From positions 64,001-128,000 of the IMG/VR virus record IMGVR_UViG_3300034101_006340: a DNA stretch of 64,000 nt; one strand, 5' to 3'. The stretch comes from a virus. Shown piece after piece: positions 19,801-28,666 of this stretch. The number at the start of each line of letters is the position of its first letter. Position 1 is the first letter of the stretch. The notes beneath the pieces are model-generated. The model worked only from the letters and a program-made list of their open reading frames with translations. It was not told where the DNA came from and did no database searches. The position numbers and the translations under genes were made by a program.

Positions 19801-21883
19801 TTGATCTTTCTAATCTGTTTTGTTGATCACCAGAAAATTGCGGAGGAGAATTATTAAATCTTCTAGCAAGAGTAGCATAACAAAAACTATTAGCAGCATT
19901 ATAATTGCCACACTCTGTTGTTTCAGCATTGGGTATTAAATAAAAAGAACTATACGGATCACAATCTCTACAAAACTTAGTATTATTGCTTTCAGATATT
20001 CTTGGATATATGCCAGACAATACACTACATCCATTTGATGTAAATACTGATTTAATTTTAGATTCATTATAGTATATATTAGAATATAATCCAAAATTAT
20101 TGGGAGTAATATTACCGCTTACACAAGATGTTGCGTATCTAGCATTTTCATTTGTTGCTGTATATACCTTGCCTAAAGAATATCCTATGTTTTGAGCATA
20201 AGAAAAATTTTTATTGATTGATCTACTATTACAATTAGTCATCGGTCTACAAGTGGCCGAACTAAATAACGTATCGCTTGTTTGTAAACTAAGATTAAAA
20301 TTCATATCCACAGCAAAACTACTATTTACAGAAGAAGCAAAGGTTATATTTTTACTAGAATTAGGAGGCACCCACAAATAAGCTCCGTACTTATTGACCA
20401 GTGTGTCAAAAAGTTCTTGAGAATTACTAATATAATTTAATCTTGAAACAGAATCAAAGTCTGTTCCTGATTGCATATATTTATTTAAAAGATCTATTTG
20501 ACCATAATTATTGATACCATAATCAAAAGTATTATTTCGTTTTAATAAATCCACAATAATCTCATCATATCGTGGCGCAGTCGATAGTATTGCTGCGGTC
20601 TCAAAAGATCTTTTTGCAATATCATTTCCTGTTGGTAAAATTTCTAAAAGCTTATAATACAGATTATGGAATCTTTCATAAATATTGGCTGAAATATATG
20701 CAAATTGAGATCCACTTGGAATTATACAAGTCAGTTCTGATCCCTGAAGTATTTTTAATCCAGAAGGACAAGATTGAATAGATCCGACCATACCAGTTGG
20801 ATTATTAAGATCGGTTGCTGGTTCTGGGCCATCATTTTTAGCGTAAAAGAAGTCTCCAGGAGAAATATATAAATCTACTCCGGGAAGTGGCCTTGCGTCA
20901 TTTGGAATCCCAGTGTTGTAATATCTATACCAGCATAATATACCAGAACTATAATTCCATTTCCAATATGATCCCAATTTTTGATTGTTAATAAAAATAT
21001 TTTTATATGTTTCTTGATCAAATCCATAAGGAAGTTTTGTAAATTCAGTAATTGAAGGGATATTTTTATTTGGTGTCTCACCAACGATAGTTGTAGAAAT
21101 TAATCCGGTTAATATTGGATAATTATTAGAATAAAAATTACCACTAATAGCATCTGATGGCATAGATGTCATAATAAAATTGCCGCAAGTCGAGCTTATT
21201 TTTTTACTTTTATCATATGATATCTCATGCATATGTTTTGTATCATGCTGACTAGTTAATAAATTATATGGAACTTCTGATATGGTTTCTTGTATTCTCC
21301 AATCTACTCTTAAAGAGACTCCATTTATTGTTCTTAATGTTAACGCTTCAGCAAAACTTTCACAACCAAGAGACTTATTATTACATGCCGGAAATTGTAA
21401 CTTGTGTTTCCAGTCGGCTAATCCTGTAATATATGCATAATTTAAATATGGAATTTTTGGAATATAATCATCAACTTTAAGCATAGTATCGCAACCGCCA
21501 GAACAGCAAGAAGTATCGTACTGTCTTGGAGAAGCATTGCTATTGTTGTCATAAAGTCTCCATTTGGTGCCAGTAGGAGGATTTCCACAATAAGAGCATA
21601 GTCCTAAAGAGGATTCTTCTTGATACAGAGCATCTGGATTAATTTGGCTATCTTGACAATTACAAGGACTAAAAGATCGAGACGCTTTGTTTCGTGCAGG
21701 ATATAGCAGCTCTACGCCAGATGTTTGACTTCTGGTGTCTGAAACCCAAACAGGTTGCCAAATACCAGATAAATTAGCGTCATATGCCGGAATTAATCCA
21801 GATAACCAATTTATATTAAAACTAATACTATTAATATTAGAAATATCTGAAGACAATGATTTTTTAAAAATATTGCAGCTCAT
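13817..21883 (-). CDS. 2688-aa Cys-rich virion protein (putative tail tip/receptor-binding protein)
   Basis: Long ORF in the tail module, S/T/N/Y-rich beta composition, with Cys clusters at the N-terminus and throughout the C-terminal quarter. Confidence 0.6.
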   Translation of the reverse strand: MSCNIFKKSLSSDISNINSISFNINWLSGLIPAYDANLSGIWQPVWVSDTRSQTSGVELLYPARNKASRSFSPCNCQDSQINPDALYQEESSLGLCSYCGNPPTGTKWRLYDNNSNASPRQYDTSCCSGGCDTMLKVDDYIPKIPYLNYAYITGLADWKHKLQFPACNNKSLGCESFAEALTLRTINGVSLRVDWRIQETISEVPYNLLTSQHDTKHMHEISYDKSKKISSTCGNFIMTSMPSDAISGNFYSNNYPILTGLISTTIVGETPNKNIPSITEFTKLPYGFDQETYKNIFINNQKLGSYWKWNYSSGILCWYRYYNTGIPNDARPLPGVDLYISPGDFFYAKNDGPEPATDLNNPTGMVGSIQSCPSGLKILQGSELTCIIPSGSQFAYISANIYERFHNLYYKLLEILPTGNDIAKRSFETAAILSTAPRYDEIIVDLLKRNNTFDYGINNYGQIDLLNKYMQSGTDFDSVSRLNYISNSQELFDTLVNKYGAYLWVPPNSSKNITFASSVNSSFAVDMNFNLSLQTSDTLFSSATCRPMTNCNSRSINKNFSYAQNIGYSLGKVYTATNENARYATSCVSGNITPNNFGLYSNIYYNESKIKSVFTSNGCSVLSGIYPRISESNNTKFCRDCDPYSSFYLIPNAETTECGNYNAANSFCYATLARRFNNSPPQFSGDQQNRLERSISDGTKRFVRSYPALFFNPYIDSVAFHQNNGVFINSPPFKLDAFAAFEFNTTSAGSASNIYIQFDTNNVGIKIYNISAEYLQTSSSSTYSCKRFPVSGTCKCLPIISVDTISRPTDCDNPNPNQISSSNIFTPGLSTRYSPRLKQYGGFSQDYLNSIFGSGIVIGGGIIPVLSSYTNPRTPFGCNSTASITLHNYTNTIWNLSVQGKNPNADLYVTVNEDVDLSGPRYNFVIYQVGGGDGQITDYYTMYQPIIKSKRFATKVTINSSTVLYGGQTAPITDGATSFTVQLQNPFLAAAMSARGGNAESVLYPPSGNLQNTYIFSNNGTTKIGDPQRGDETAAVTLNFTQKFNSHKLLFKIPPLQSMGTLTEGFFDPNKGLIGSANGKSPISGNILYTNELTNADFPTGKVFYGNINNRVINVINSLNEFDYHKKLRLYIQSNNKWYKYTGSNIGCFLVNNIKYPGSPSFFEYNTEINTKNLPGLLLTPVRKHINFSFIKNSNWNNSFPLYDEQTPFPFSKNICKVDPSSDYEIRIPGIRAYFLIPEQDPAIQTNLASMDDISLFVAPSNFSYGTTIVFNDNTHWICIKPTQPTLRSSYIYSEFSYLDHYFSDTHIAFDKINRQGYVYNTKKSCSYPITLYSDTTLISSSNTILEKSIYVSYKNKNGSQVKNFNTDDVYMQPYTLFKLQNSVPQNVRVYNIFPTTGTSLVLGQISAPIAENNPLLNNSYIPGKWGDVINYNGRLVDAIVDAQYPIEDIYPKSTYNNLFQQMIINNHSKKHIYKITDAANTVSLVTGTRDNGPENIYYSILHKYGIGDNSKTYTIDSDKYHNFIPLIDLNLLNISVPTDPSLPNSGTINVSNVTYTSKPDEGYEPYGDGKFWIDFPSGASMEGTFVPASDFYTETLRIDQPTFWLNSTTQSTRELTPNVTYRRRFSPNNITNYNASSSAAVFDNSSSYVMTNVNRRQPFWVYPIYGDRDDGTCDNTGCFGSNDHGLAKAANLELKANYRIASNSTQTIGGGSINYALAYDAGIYNIIGNDSLVEIKRFSLTTNNSIDNVSDSCSSAFILPSNYRLNSSSPVFQSTILDTNVSTPLSYPIDSVANEMLFRILYGQAQYVNKQMYFIDNLIYNKQDIINYTDPRITAEDIYSQILYNYDKAATSNFNLNGSFTINGVASIGSTTTLSIDDLTITIVIENRSGNIYAVATSSISIPYFGNKLEVLLYSGVTTSSSYVILNVAPDADPPPPAPPDNNTSIVYQGECLYYDSYQYYQLAFAYDSSSPPNLQNIVSSSTSCGIGWGNAYGEAGAGQPGDCCCGPAGPCGGGCVALSVTSWGPNHLRQCVCGQPQVGSVGFMAPFTTQRTPPCNGLGYSYGIGSGPCTSFDVGYCRKNNCQTCDETLQEETSVNFEYDWQYCRTNFNLFGHIYRQVHQFDGSPIIVQPRPPDCYTNFFDTGYDQCGNVEPGTTVVRTETANCTTYPVMGLTRDQLDNLRKNNMLLGVTQAVGYVCSDQTNGYVPPTPTTVCIPVAGAGGECQDGYKGCVFIGCPTPFSSLNSSGGCSTGDCDFCYTPESSYTAPCDDIDSGFEYPSGKCDEYCHFCGVGRTGSHNILSKNRLYLSTTTTTNSPYNPLCASSLCTISYSSSAITLTIGGKSMCFSRTLLRCPRISINSTMSQLSLIDNIESSCDQCLSSALKVFVPEQRQAFVTKTESRRCLLATFTSCSVNNPGVVGGGWQSFYNHASWAHQCGGGEVEYGCGQLGSLMYGNDDLLFNVVYECLKGLSCSMSSTIAGYEVPETQWRLANQMRSRYQYLAKGSSHIPTEDIIEGVIPGSVSDVITESFNSGGASITRTGNIVNDVSTTHAFYFTYSYIRPVTIQDIMRNDNNIICTADNLYVSSNNTSHHCSNVPFPSAYASNLAPYQAYLFTVNRTGNIEGASYTHTHPTYYQASNCDGGISCYYRHKVFICGSADFCCMSDLGVTRNEGIDLSCSTINAPFSS

Positions 21884-21889
21884 AAATAA

Positions 21890-24800
21890 TTATGTAGAGG
21901 CTTGAAGAATCCATTTCCCATTCAAGAACGTGAATAATCCTATAGTATTAGAACTAATACCAATATTTAAAGGATTATCAAATACAGCGGTATAACTAGA
22001 TACAATATCTCCAGACACAGAAGATGGAGTATATGCGGTATATATTGTAGCACTATTACCGCCAAGCATCAATCCTGTCGTTACTAATGGACGATTATAA
22101 ATAGGTTCATAAAAACCATTGACAGAATCATATTTACAATAAAGAGCAGCTCCTCTAGGGGCAGAAAACATACCCAGATTATCTTTAACAAAAACTAGTT
22201 TTCTTAATCCGCTAGGCAATGGATTATTAGTATAACTAGATTCAATCACAATACCTCTGGCTGGTGTATCATTAACTAAATCTTGCTCCACAACAACCCA
22301 TACTGGTTTATAATTAGCCCCAATCGTCCATACTCTACCAATATCATCCCATCTCAAATCAATTGGTCCTACTGGCCATGCTCCGGGTTGTTGAGCCCAG
22401 CCTTTCATAAAAGATCTTTCTTTATATGGTGAAGTGTATGATCCATCGGATTGTAGTTGTTGATTTTTTCCAATCTTATTACCACTGCTATCAACTACTG
22501 GAATTCCATTCGCTGTCAACAAATATTCACCAGAAGCATTTGGTACGGGATATCCTTCTAGATCATATCCCCACGAATGTAACATTAGCGGTCCACGTAA
22601 TCCAAAAAATCTATAGTTTTGTGTAAATCTAGGGTCATTTGCATTAAGATCCAAATCATTATAGTTATTATCTGGTTTTTCCGATAATGCTGATCGTAAA
22701 GCGTCATCTCCAGAAGGAATAACATTTCCAAAAGCTAAAACATCAATAGAGTATCCACATCTATCATTTGCTTGTTTATGAGCCAAACAATTAAAATCAG
22801 CACCGGTGGCAGATAATACTATAGGATTTAATGTATAGTTATTAATTATAGACGCCTGGAACTGTACGGCAGTTGCTCTATCATTAATAATTGTTCTATC
22901 AGTACCACTACCAATAAGATAAGGAGGCGTTAATTCTGCGGGCTGAGCGCTTATCTTCTTTATTTCTGTGATTTGGGTATCGGGCAAACAAAAAGGACAA
23001 GGAATAGTTTTTTGCGTATTTGCTGACATAATATCAGAAATATTATCAGCATTAGTTACAGTGGATTCTAATAATTCATTATAAGTATAATCACCAACAC
23101 CCATACATTGTGGACAAACAGATCTACGGTATTTTGTAATTGGAAATGTTGAAAAATATGGTGTTGGATATAAAGATATGGGTGAAAAAATACCGTCTAA
23201 ACTCATTACTGATTTTCTAGAATATGATTCACCATCTTCAAACAAAGCTTTATCCATTTCTGCTGGATCATAAAGACTAACGGCAGAAATGTGTTTCGGC
23301 GCTTTAACGTCGCATGGTACACTATTTGGAATAATAGGCTTATTGGGCCAACCGGGATCAAATTGACACTGTGTAGCAAAATTATTCACTGTGCTATTCT
23401 TATGCAAGAATGGGTACGCCGCTCCAACTAAAACACTAACAGGACTAAAATTACCAGCTTTTGATATAGAATAACTTCTAGACATTTTTTGTGTTTGTGC
23501 TTTTATTTCCGCTCTAGTTTTATTAATGTTTTCTGCTAATTGAGATCTAAATTGCATTGACTGTTTACCAAATTTTTGTATATTGTCTGCATTTTCTTTA
23601 TTAAAATATCCTAATTTACGACTAAAAGTACGAAAATGGTATGTTGTTCTAATTCCGTCGTTACCAAAAGTTAATCCTATAGAATTACATAATGGTCCAT
23701 TATCAAAAATTTTACTACCCATATTAGTATTATTCAACATAATGCCAGCTAGTGTTAATCGACCAGCTTCTTCAATTTGCTGGTATTCATTGCTATCGCC
23801 TAACATTGTCAATACAGCAGTATCTAGGGCGTCCATTCCGCCGTACTCCCATGGAACATACTGAGAATTTATATCTAAATCAACGCCTCCAACCACATTA
23901 TCTACCCATGTTAGATTATTAATAGTATTAGGAAAAATAGCATCAGCAATTTCGCCAGGGCTTGTTGACCACGGACCATATAAACTCATATTATACTTTA
24001 CAGGTATAGCGGCAAAACATGGCATCGCTGCTCTTTCATGTATTGGCATATTGGTTTCATTATTGACCGTAACGGTACCTCCGTTTGTTTGAAATAGAGC
24101 CCAATCGGCCATAGCTAATGTCATCATCAAATAAGCTGCTGTACTATTGCCAGCAACACTATCTAAAAACCGATTTTGCATATATCTTAGATTAGGAACA
24201 GAGCTATATGATGCGGTTTCTTCTCCTTCTTTATAAGATAAGGCACAATCAAGAAGAATAGTTTTTTGTAAATTATCAGCATCATGAATAAAAACAGGAG
24301 AAGATGCGCTAATCATAGCATATTGAACACCTATCGTATTATCAAAAATTAATGTTTTTTCTGGTATAGAAGCTTTTTGATAAATTTTGTATAACCTATC
24401 GTTCGGAACAGATACTCCAAAAGAATCGGTTAGTCCCGGATTAGCGGATGTAAAATTAGACTCTCTGATACCAGTATATGGTACCCCTATAAAATCCCCG
24501 TCGGTTCTCAATGGATAATACCATGCATTACTCGCCCCTATTTTACCTAACGTTGCCATGGCGCGACCCATAGAGTTGCTGACGGCAGCTCCGCCAATAG
24601 TGCTAGGAGGCCTAACAAAAGAGTATTCTTGTTCAGCAGAATTATTCCATCCTAAAATTGGACCAAATTTTCCATTATCTTGAGCCAATAAATCGGCCGT
24701 TGTGCTACCAATAACCAATGTATCATCTAGAGCATTTCCTGGTTCTTCCCAACCAGAATCGGTAATCTCATAATCATATCGTCTAACTCCGTCTGCGCCA

Positions 24801-27142
24801 ACAGAACTGTTTACTGTTGGCATTCTAACTAAATAGTCTTTACCATAATGTTGACCAAGTTCATCGGAAATATAAGAATGTAAATTTTGTAACATTGGCA
24901 TAACTCTGTTAGAAAACAAAACTGCTTGTGAAGGACTAACAGGATTGCCTGTATGATAATATCCATATGGACTTTTTTGTTTTCCAAGGCTTTTAGTAAT
25001 ACCAAAACCTCTTAACCTAAGAGAATTAGCAACTGCTGGACCAAGAGCGGAAGATATAGCAGTATATATGAGCCTAGCGGATGGTTTCCAAACATCAAAA
25101 GACAAAGAATCAAATAAATAGGCGATCCAGCTATCAAAACTTGCTTTAGCGGCACGGATCTCGTTTTCCATAATAGTCAAATAGCCCGAATCTGCTGTGT
25201 ATACTGGGAAAAAATTTGCTATATCACTAATGGGTATATTAACTTTAAGTTGTCTTAATTTACGATCATAAAAAACTCTTCTTGGATAACCATCAGAACC
25301 TATACCAAAATAAGGGCTTATAAGATCAAAATGAATAGGATATGCAGCTGATCCTGGTAAATTAGTATTTGCCAATGGATCGTTTATGCTTGTTAGAGAT
25401 ATCTGCGATGTTGCATAGCCGCCTAATGGTACAGATGTTGCTGTGGCACCCAGATTAAATGTTGCCCATGCCGAACTATTACGTTGAGCAGTAATTCCTC
25501 CGTTTATCATTATGTACGGATTGGGGGGACTACTCCACATTCGTTGAGCATCGGCTATTGGTTCTCTATAAATATTATGATAACTACCATTTCTTAAATT
25601 ATTAATACTCATATCATTTCTAACAGGCATAAAAGTATCAAGTAATGGATTATATATTCTAGAGTTTCTATACTTTGAAAGAGTGTGAGTCATAAACTGA
25701 GCTAGTCGTTCCTGTTTTCCTCCCATTACTACTTTTCTTACATTTTGATCCTTATATTCTTCTCCCAAATCATATGATACAACATTATCACCGGCTTGAA
25801 AACTTGTAATAAAATCACGCAGAACCTTTGGAGGATATTGAACCCTTCTAGAATATGTGTTAATAACAATTGCAGCGGTATATTGGCTCGATGTTGGTGC
25901 TGGTACCAGTGTACAATTCCAATCATAACCAGCTCCTTTACAGCAAAAATCTATAAATTCATCAAGAGGCATTGATGATGATAATGGTAAAAATAGATTT
26001 GGATCAGGACGAGGAACATTACTAAAATCAACTCTAAAAATTGGTCTTGGTAAATTATCAACAGCAGTAACTGTTCTTAATAGTCCAAGTTTTGTTAAAT
26101 CTGTAGAGGATTCTCCTCCTTGCGACGATATTGTTGTTCCAAGGGTGTCTATTAATACCTCTCCGTCTGGACTTATAGACAAAGGACTTCTACTAACTAT
26201 TCCACCATAAGGAGAAAATTTATTACGTGTGATTCCATTTGAATCAATTAAAACAGGATTTCCATCGCTATCTACAAAATTATCCCATTCTCCTCCTCCT
26301 AATAAAACTAACAAAGTGTCATAAACTTGAGCGGCACTAATTCCATAGTCCGAAACCCGAGCAAATCCATATCTAGGAGGAGTAGCATTTGATTGGTATT
26401 GTAGCCAACCAAAAACATTGATCAAATTTGGTATATTGCCGTAAGCAATTTCTGCCCCAAAAGACCCAGCAACGGTTGGGTCGTTGTACGGAACTGCTAT
26501 AGGTCTTCCTTGATCATTAGTGAATGGCATTAATGTGCTAACACTACCATAATAGTCATTGATAATTAATTTACATCCTTTTAATAAGCTTCCAGGACCG
26601 GTAAGGCTAACGCTGTAAACGCCGTTATCATATGTCCATCTATTAACAAAACCAGCAAAAACCAAATCTTCAAATCTAAAATAACAAGGAGCACCAACTA
26701 TTGAATATTTATCTCCTAAAAATCCAGGATCAGCGCTAACCCAATGATAAGGATTAGCATCATAATTATGGGCATTCCAGCATTTTTTTCCTAAATCTCG
26801 TATTACTATCGGATAAGAAGAACCACCTTCTATATTTGTATTAAAATCTTTTTTATTCTTTTCATAATTAATAATCGGTTTAAGATATTGTTGTGCTTGT
26901 GCTGATGCGGCTAAAGCCGTTGATGGAGTAGTGTTGTCTAATGTGCTATGAATACTGTCTATAGCAGTATTTAAACCATTATAGTCTCGTGAACGATGGT
27001 GTGCCACATAATCATTAACCAGTTTAACTTCACAGGTTGAAGCCTCAGAACCCCAAGCCAAAGTCATGCTGGCTTCTGTAACACTACATCCTAAAAATAT
27101 TGTTTGAGCATGTGGGCCTACCGCCCTATAGTTGGCTACCAT
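21890..27142 (-). CDS. 1750-aa tail tip/hub-like structural protein
   Basis: Position downstream of the TMP; the N-terminus (FLGCSVTEASMTLAWGSEASTCEVKL...FAGFVNRW) has a tail-hub-like beta pattern; internal CPQC...CPFC. Confidence 0.55.
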   Translation of the reverse strand: MVANYRAVGPHAQTIFLGCSVTEASMTLAWGSEASTCEVKLVNDYVAHHRSRDYNGLNTAIDSIHSTLDNTTPSTALAASAQAQQYLKPIINYEKNKKDFNTNIEGGSSYPIVIRDLGKKCWNAHNYDANPYHWVSADPGFLGDKYSIVGAPCYFRFEDLVFAGFVNRWTYDNGVYSVSLTGPGSLLKGCKLIINDYYGSVSTLMPFTNDQGRPIAVPYNDPTVAGSFGAEIAYGNIPNLINVFGWLQYQSNATPPRYGFARVSDYGISAAQVYDTLLVLLGGGEWDNFVDSDGNPVLIDSNGITRNKFSPYGGIVSRSPLSISPDGEVLIDTLGTTISSQGGESSTDLTKLGLLRTVTAVDNLPRPIFRVDFSNVPRPDPNLFLPLSSSMPLDEFIDFCCKGAGYDWNCTLVPAPTSSQYTAAIVINTYSRRVQYPPKVLRDFITSFQAGDNVVSYDLGEEYKDQNVRKVVMGGKQERLAQFMTHTLSKYRNSRIYNPLLDTFMPVRNDMSINNLRNGSYHNIYREPIADAQRMWSSPPNPYIMINGGITAQRNSSAWATFNLGATATSVPLGGYATSQISLTSINDPLANTNLPGSAAYPIHFDLISPYFGIGSDGYPRRVFYDRKLRQLKVNIPISDIANFFPVYTADSGYLTIMENEIRAAKASFDSWIAYLFDSLSFDVWKPSARLIYTAISSALGPAVANSLRLRGFGITKSLGKQKSPYGYYHTGNPVSPSQAVLFSNRVMPMLQNLHSYISDELGQHYGKDYLVRMPTVNSSVGADGVRRYDYEITDSGWEEPGNALDDTLVIGSTTADLLAQDNGKFGPILGWNNSAEQEYSFVRPPSTIGGAAVSNSMGRAMATLGKIGASNAWYYPLRTDGDFIGVPYTGIRESNFTSANPGLTDSFGVSVPNDRLYKIYQKASIPEKTLIFDNTIGVQYAMISASSPVFIHDADNLQKTILLDCALSYKEGEETASYSSVPNLRYMQNRFLDSVAGNSTAAYLMMTLAMADWALFQTNGGTVTVNNETNMPIHERAAMPCFAAIPVKYNMSLYGPWSTSPGEIADAIFPNTINNLTWVDNVVGGVDLDINSQYVPWEYGGMDALDTAVLTMLGDSNEYQQIEEAGRLTLAGIMLNNTNMGSKIFDNGPLCNSIGLTFGNDGIRTTYHFRTFSRKLGYFNKENADNIQKFGKQSMQFRSQLAENINKTRAEIKAQTQKMSRSYSISKAGNFSPVSVLVGAAYPFLHKNSTVNNFATQCQFDPGWPNKPIIPNSVPCDVKAPKHISAVSLYDPAEMDKALFEDGESYSRKSVMSLDGIFSPISLYPTPYFSTFPITKYRRSVCPQCMGVGDYTYNELLESTVTNADNISDIMSANTQKTIPCPFCLPDTQITEIKKISAQPAELTPPYLIGSGTDRTIINDRATAVQFQASIINNYTLNPIVLSATGADFNCLAHKQANDRCGYSIDVLAFGNVIPSGDDALRSALSEKPDNNYNDLDLNANDPRFTQNYRFFGLRGPLMLHSWGYDLEGYPVPNASGEYLLTANGIPVVDSSGNKIGKNQQLQSDGSYTSPYKERSFMKGWAQQPGAWPVGPIDLRWDDIGRVWTIGANYKPVWVVVEQDLVNDTPARGIVIESSYTNNPLPSGLRKLVFVKDNLGMFSAPRGAALYCKYDSVNGFYEPIYNRPLVTTGLMLGGNSATIYTAYTPSSVSGDIVSSYTAVFDNPLNIGISSNTIGLFTFLNGKWILQAST

Positions 27143-27157
27143 ATTAAATTTTTCCTA

Positions 27158-28666
27158 TTAATTTTTAGTATAAGACCATGTTTTATTTCTTGTTATTCTA
27201 TTTTCTCCAATATTAATTTTTTGATCATCAGCTGTTACATATCCAGAATAAGGCAAGCTAGGTCCTAAAGAATTAACTAAATTATCAATTGCTCTTAATA
27301 TTTGCATATCTACTCTTATATTACTAAATCCTGATGGTGGAGCAAACACTCCCTCATATGAAACCGATCTATTTCCTAGTCCTGAAGACGCTGTATAAAA
27401 ATACACCACCGGACCAAGTCTTCTTCCTAATACGGGAATTGTTGTATGACGAGGGACTGGGCTATTTTCATTAACTGTTAATGTTTCAGAAATAGCTCCA
27501 CTAATATAACTATTTGGCCTATTATCAAAAGTGAAATTATATGTGATTTCTCCATTATGAGGATTAAATGTTTCAACAAAATTTATTGGAGTTAAATTCA
27601 AAGGAGGTTTTGACCAAGAAGGATAAGGAAAAGAATAATCTGTATTTAATGAAGACACTAAATTATAATGTTGAGATATTATGCCAGTAAATAATCCTGT
27701 AATACCTTTATAGCCACTCATAGCACTATTATATTTAGTGCCACTGTTAATAATATTTGGCACACCAAATGGCGAAATGATACTTATACCTGATTTATGC
27801 ACAGATGGTGAAAGCGGTGTTTCTAAAATATTTATGCCTGTTGCCGGAGCTAATCCAATTATATTGCCTTTAATAGAAAGTTCTTCTGTAAAATCTTCTC
27901 TGATCTGTGTTGATACGGTATATTTATGAGTCCATGGGTCATTGGGCAATATCGGTTTAGATATAAACTTATCTGTAATACTAATGTTGCCTTCTAGTTC
28001 ATTAACGTCCAAAGTTCTAGTATGATTAAAAAGAGGAAATTTGCCTGTAGGTAATATACCAGTTAAAGGGAATAATGCTTTACGATCATTAATCCATCTT
28101 AGTGCTTCTACAATGGCACCACTTGATGCAAAATATCTGCTACCTTTAGCACTAGTAGTACGAGTAATATCATATAATGGATAAGTTGTATAACCAATCA
28201 TGTAATTTTCTGAAGAAACAGAAATACTAACATTATCATCAACACTTTCTACACGATAAACATTGGCTATATTATTAATAGGACTACCAGTAGTAGTAGC
28301 ATCAAAATCTATAGATATTTGATACTCTATAAGATTAGCGGCATGATTTTTATTAGTATCAAATTGTAATTTTGTAACATATCCGGTGCCGCTAATAACA
28401 GGGTTTGCCGTAGACCCTTCTTTTAATCCGAATATAAATCTTTCTGGGTTTGAAGACACAACCCCGGTTTGTAATGATATGGCTTTTTGTAATAGGTCAT
28501 TGACCCCGGAACCTACTATAACTCCATTGAGTTCTATGGTTTGTTTGCTACCAAGATATTGTTGAGATGATGTTCTATTTTTAGATATTGATGTTGTGAG
28601 TTTTGGAATAGGAAATCCGCTTGCGGGAGAAAATATATAGTTACCAAATTCTAGATAAGTATTCAT
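27158..28666 (-). CDS. Tail structural protein, paralog of 28663-30201
   Basis: Start revised to the ATG at 28666 (ATGA overlap with the upstream stop); shares ISGAIxE and TY(N/S)...RP motifs with its neighbour. Confidence 0.6.
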   Translation of the reverse strand: MNTYLEFGNYIFSPASGFPIPKLTTSISKNRTSSQQYLGSKQTIELNGVIVGSGVNDLLQKAISLQTGVVSSNPERFIFGLKEGSTANPVISGTGYVTKLQFDTNKNHAANLIEYQISIDFDATTTGSPINNIANVYRVESVDDNVSISVSSENYMIGYTTYPLYDITRTTSAKGSRYFASSGAIVEALRWINDRKALFPLTGILPTGKFPLFNHTRTLDVNELEGNISITDKFISKPILPNDPWTHKYTVSTQIREDFTEELSIKGNIIGLAPATGINILETPLSPSVHKSGISIISPFGVPNIINSGTKYNSAMSGYKGITGLFTGIISQHYNLVSSLNTDYSFPYPSWSKPPLNLTPINFVETFNPHNGEITYNFTFDNRPNSYISGAISETLTVNENSPVPRHTTIPVLGRRLGPVVYFYTASSGLGNRSVSYEGVFAPPSGFSNIRVDMQILRAIDNLVNSLGPSLPYSGYVTADDQKINIGENRITRNKTWSYTKN

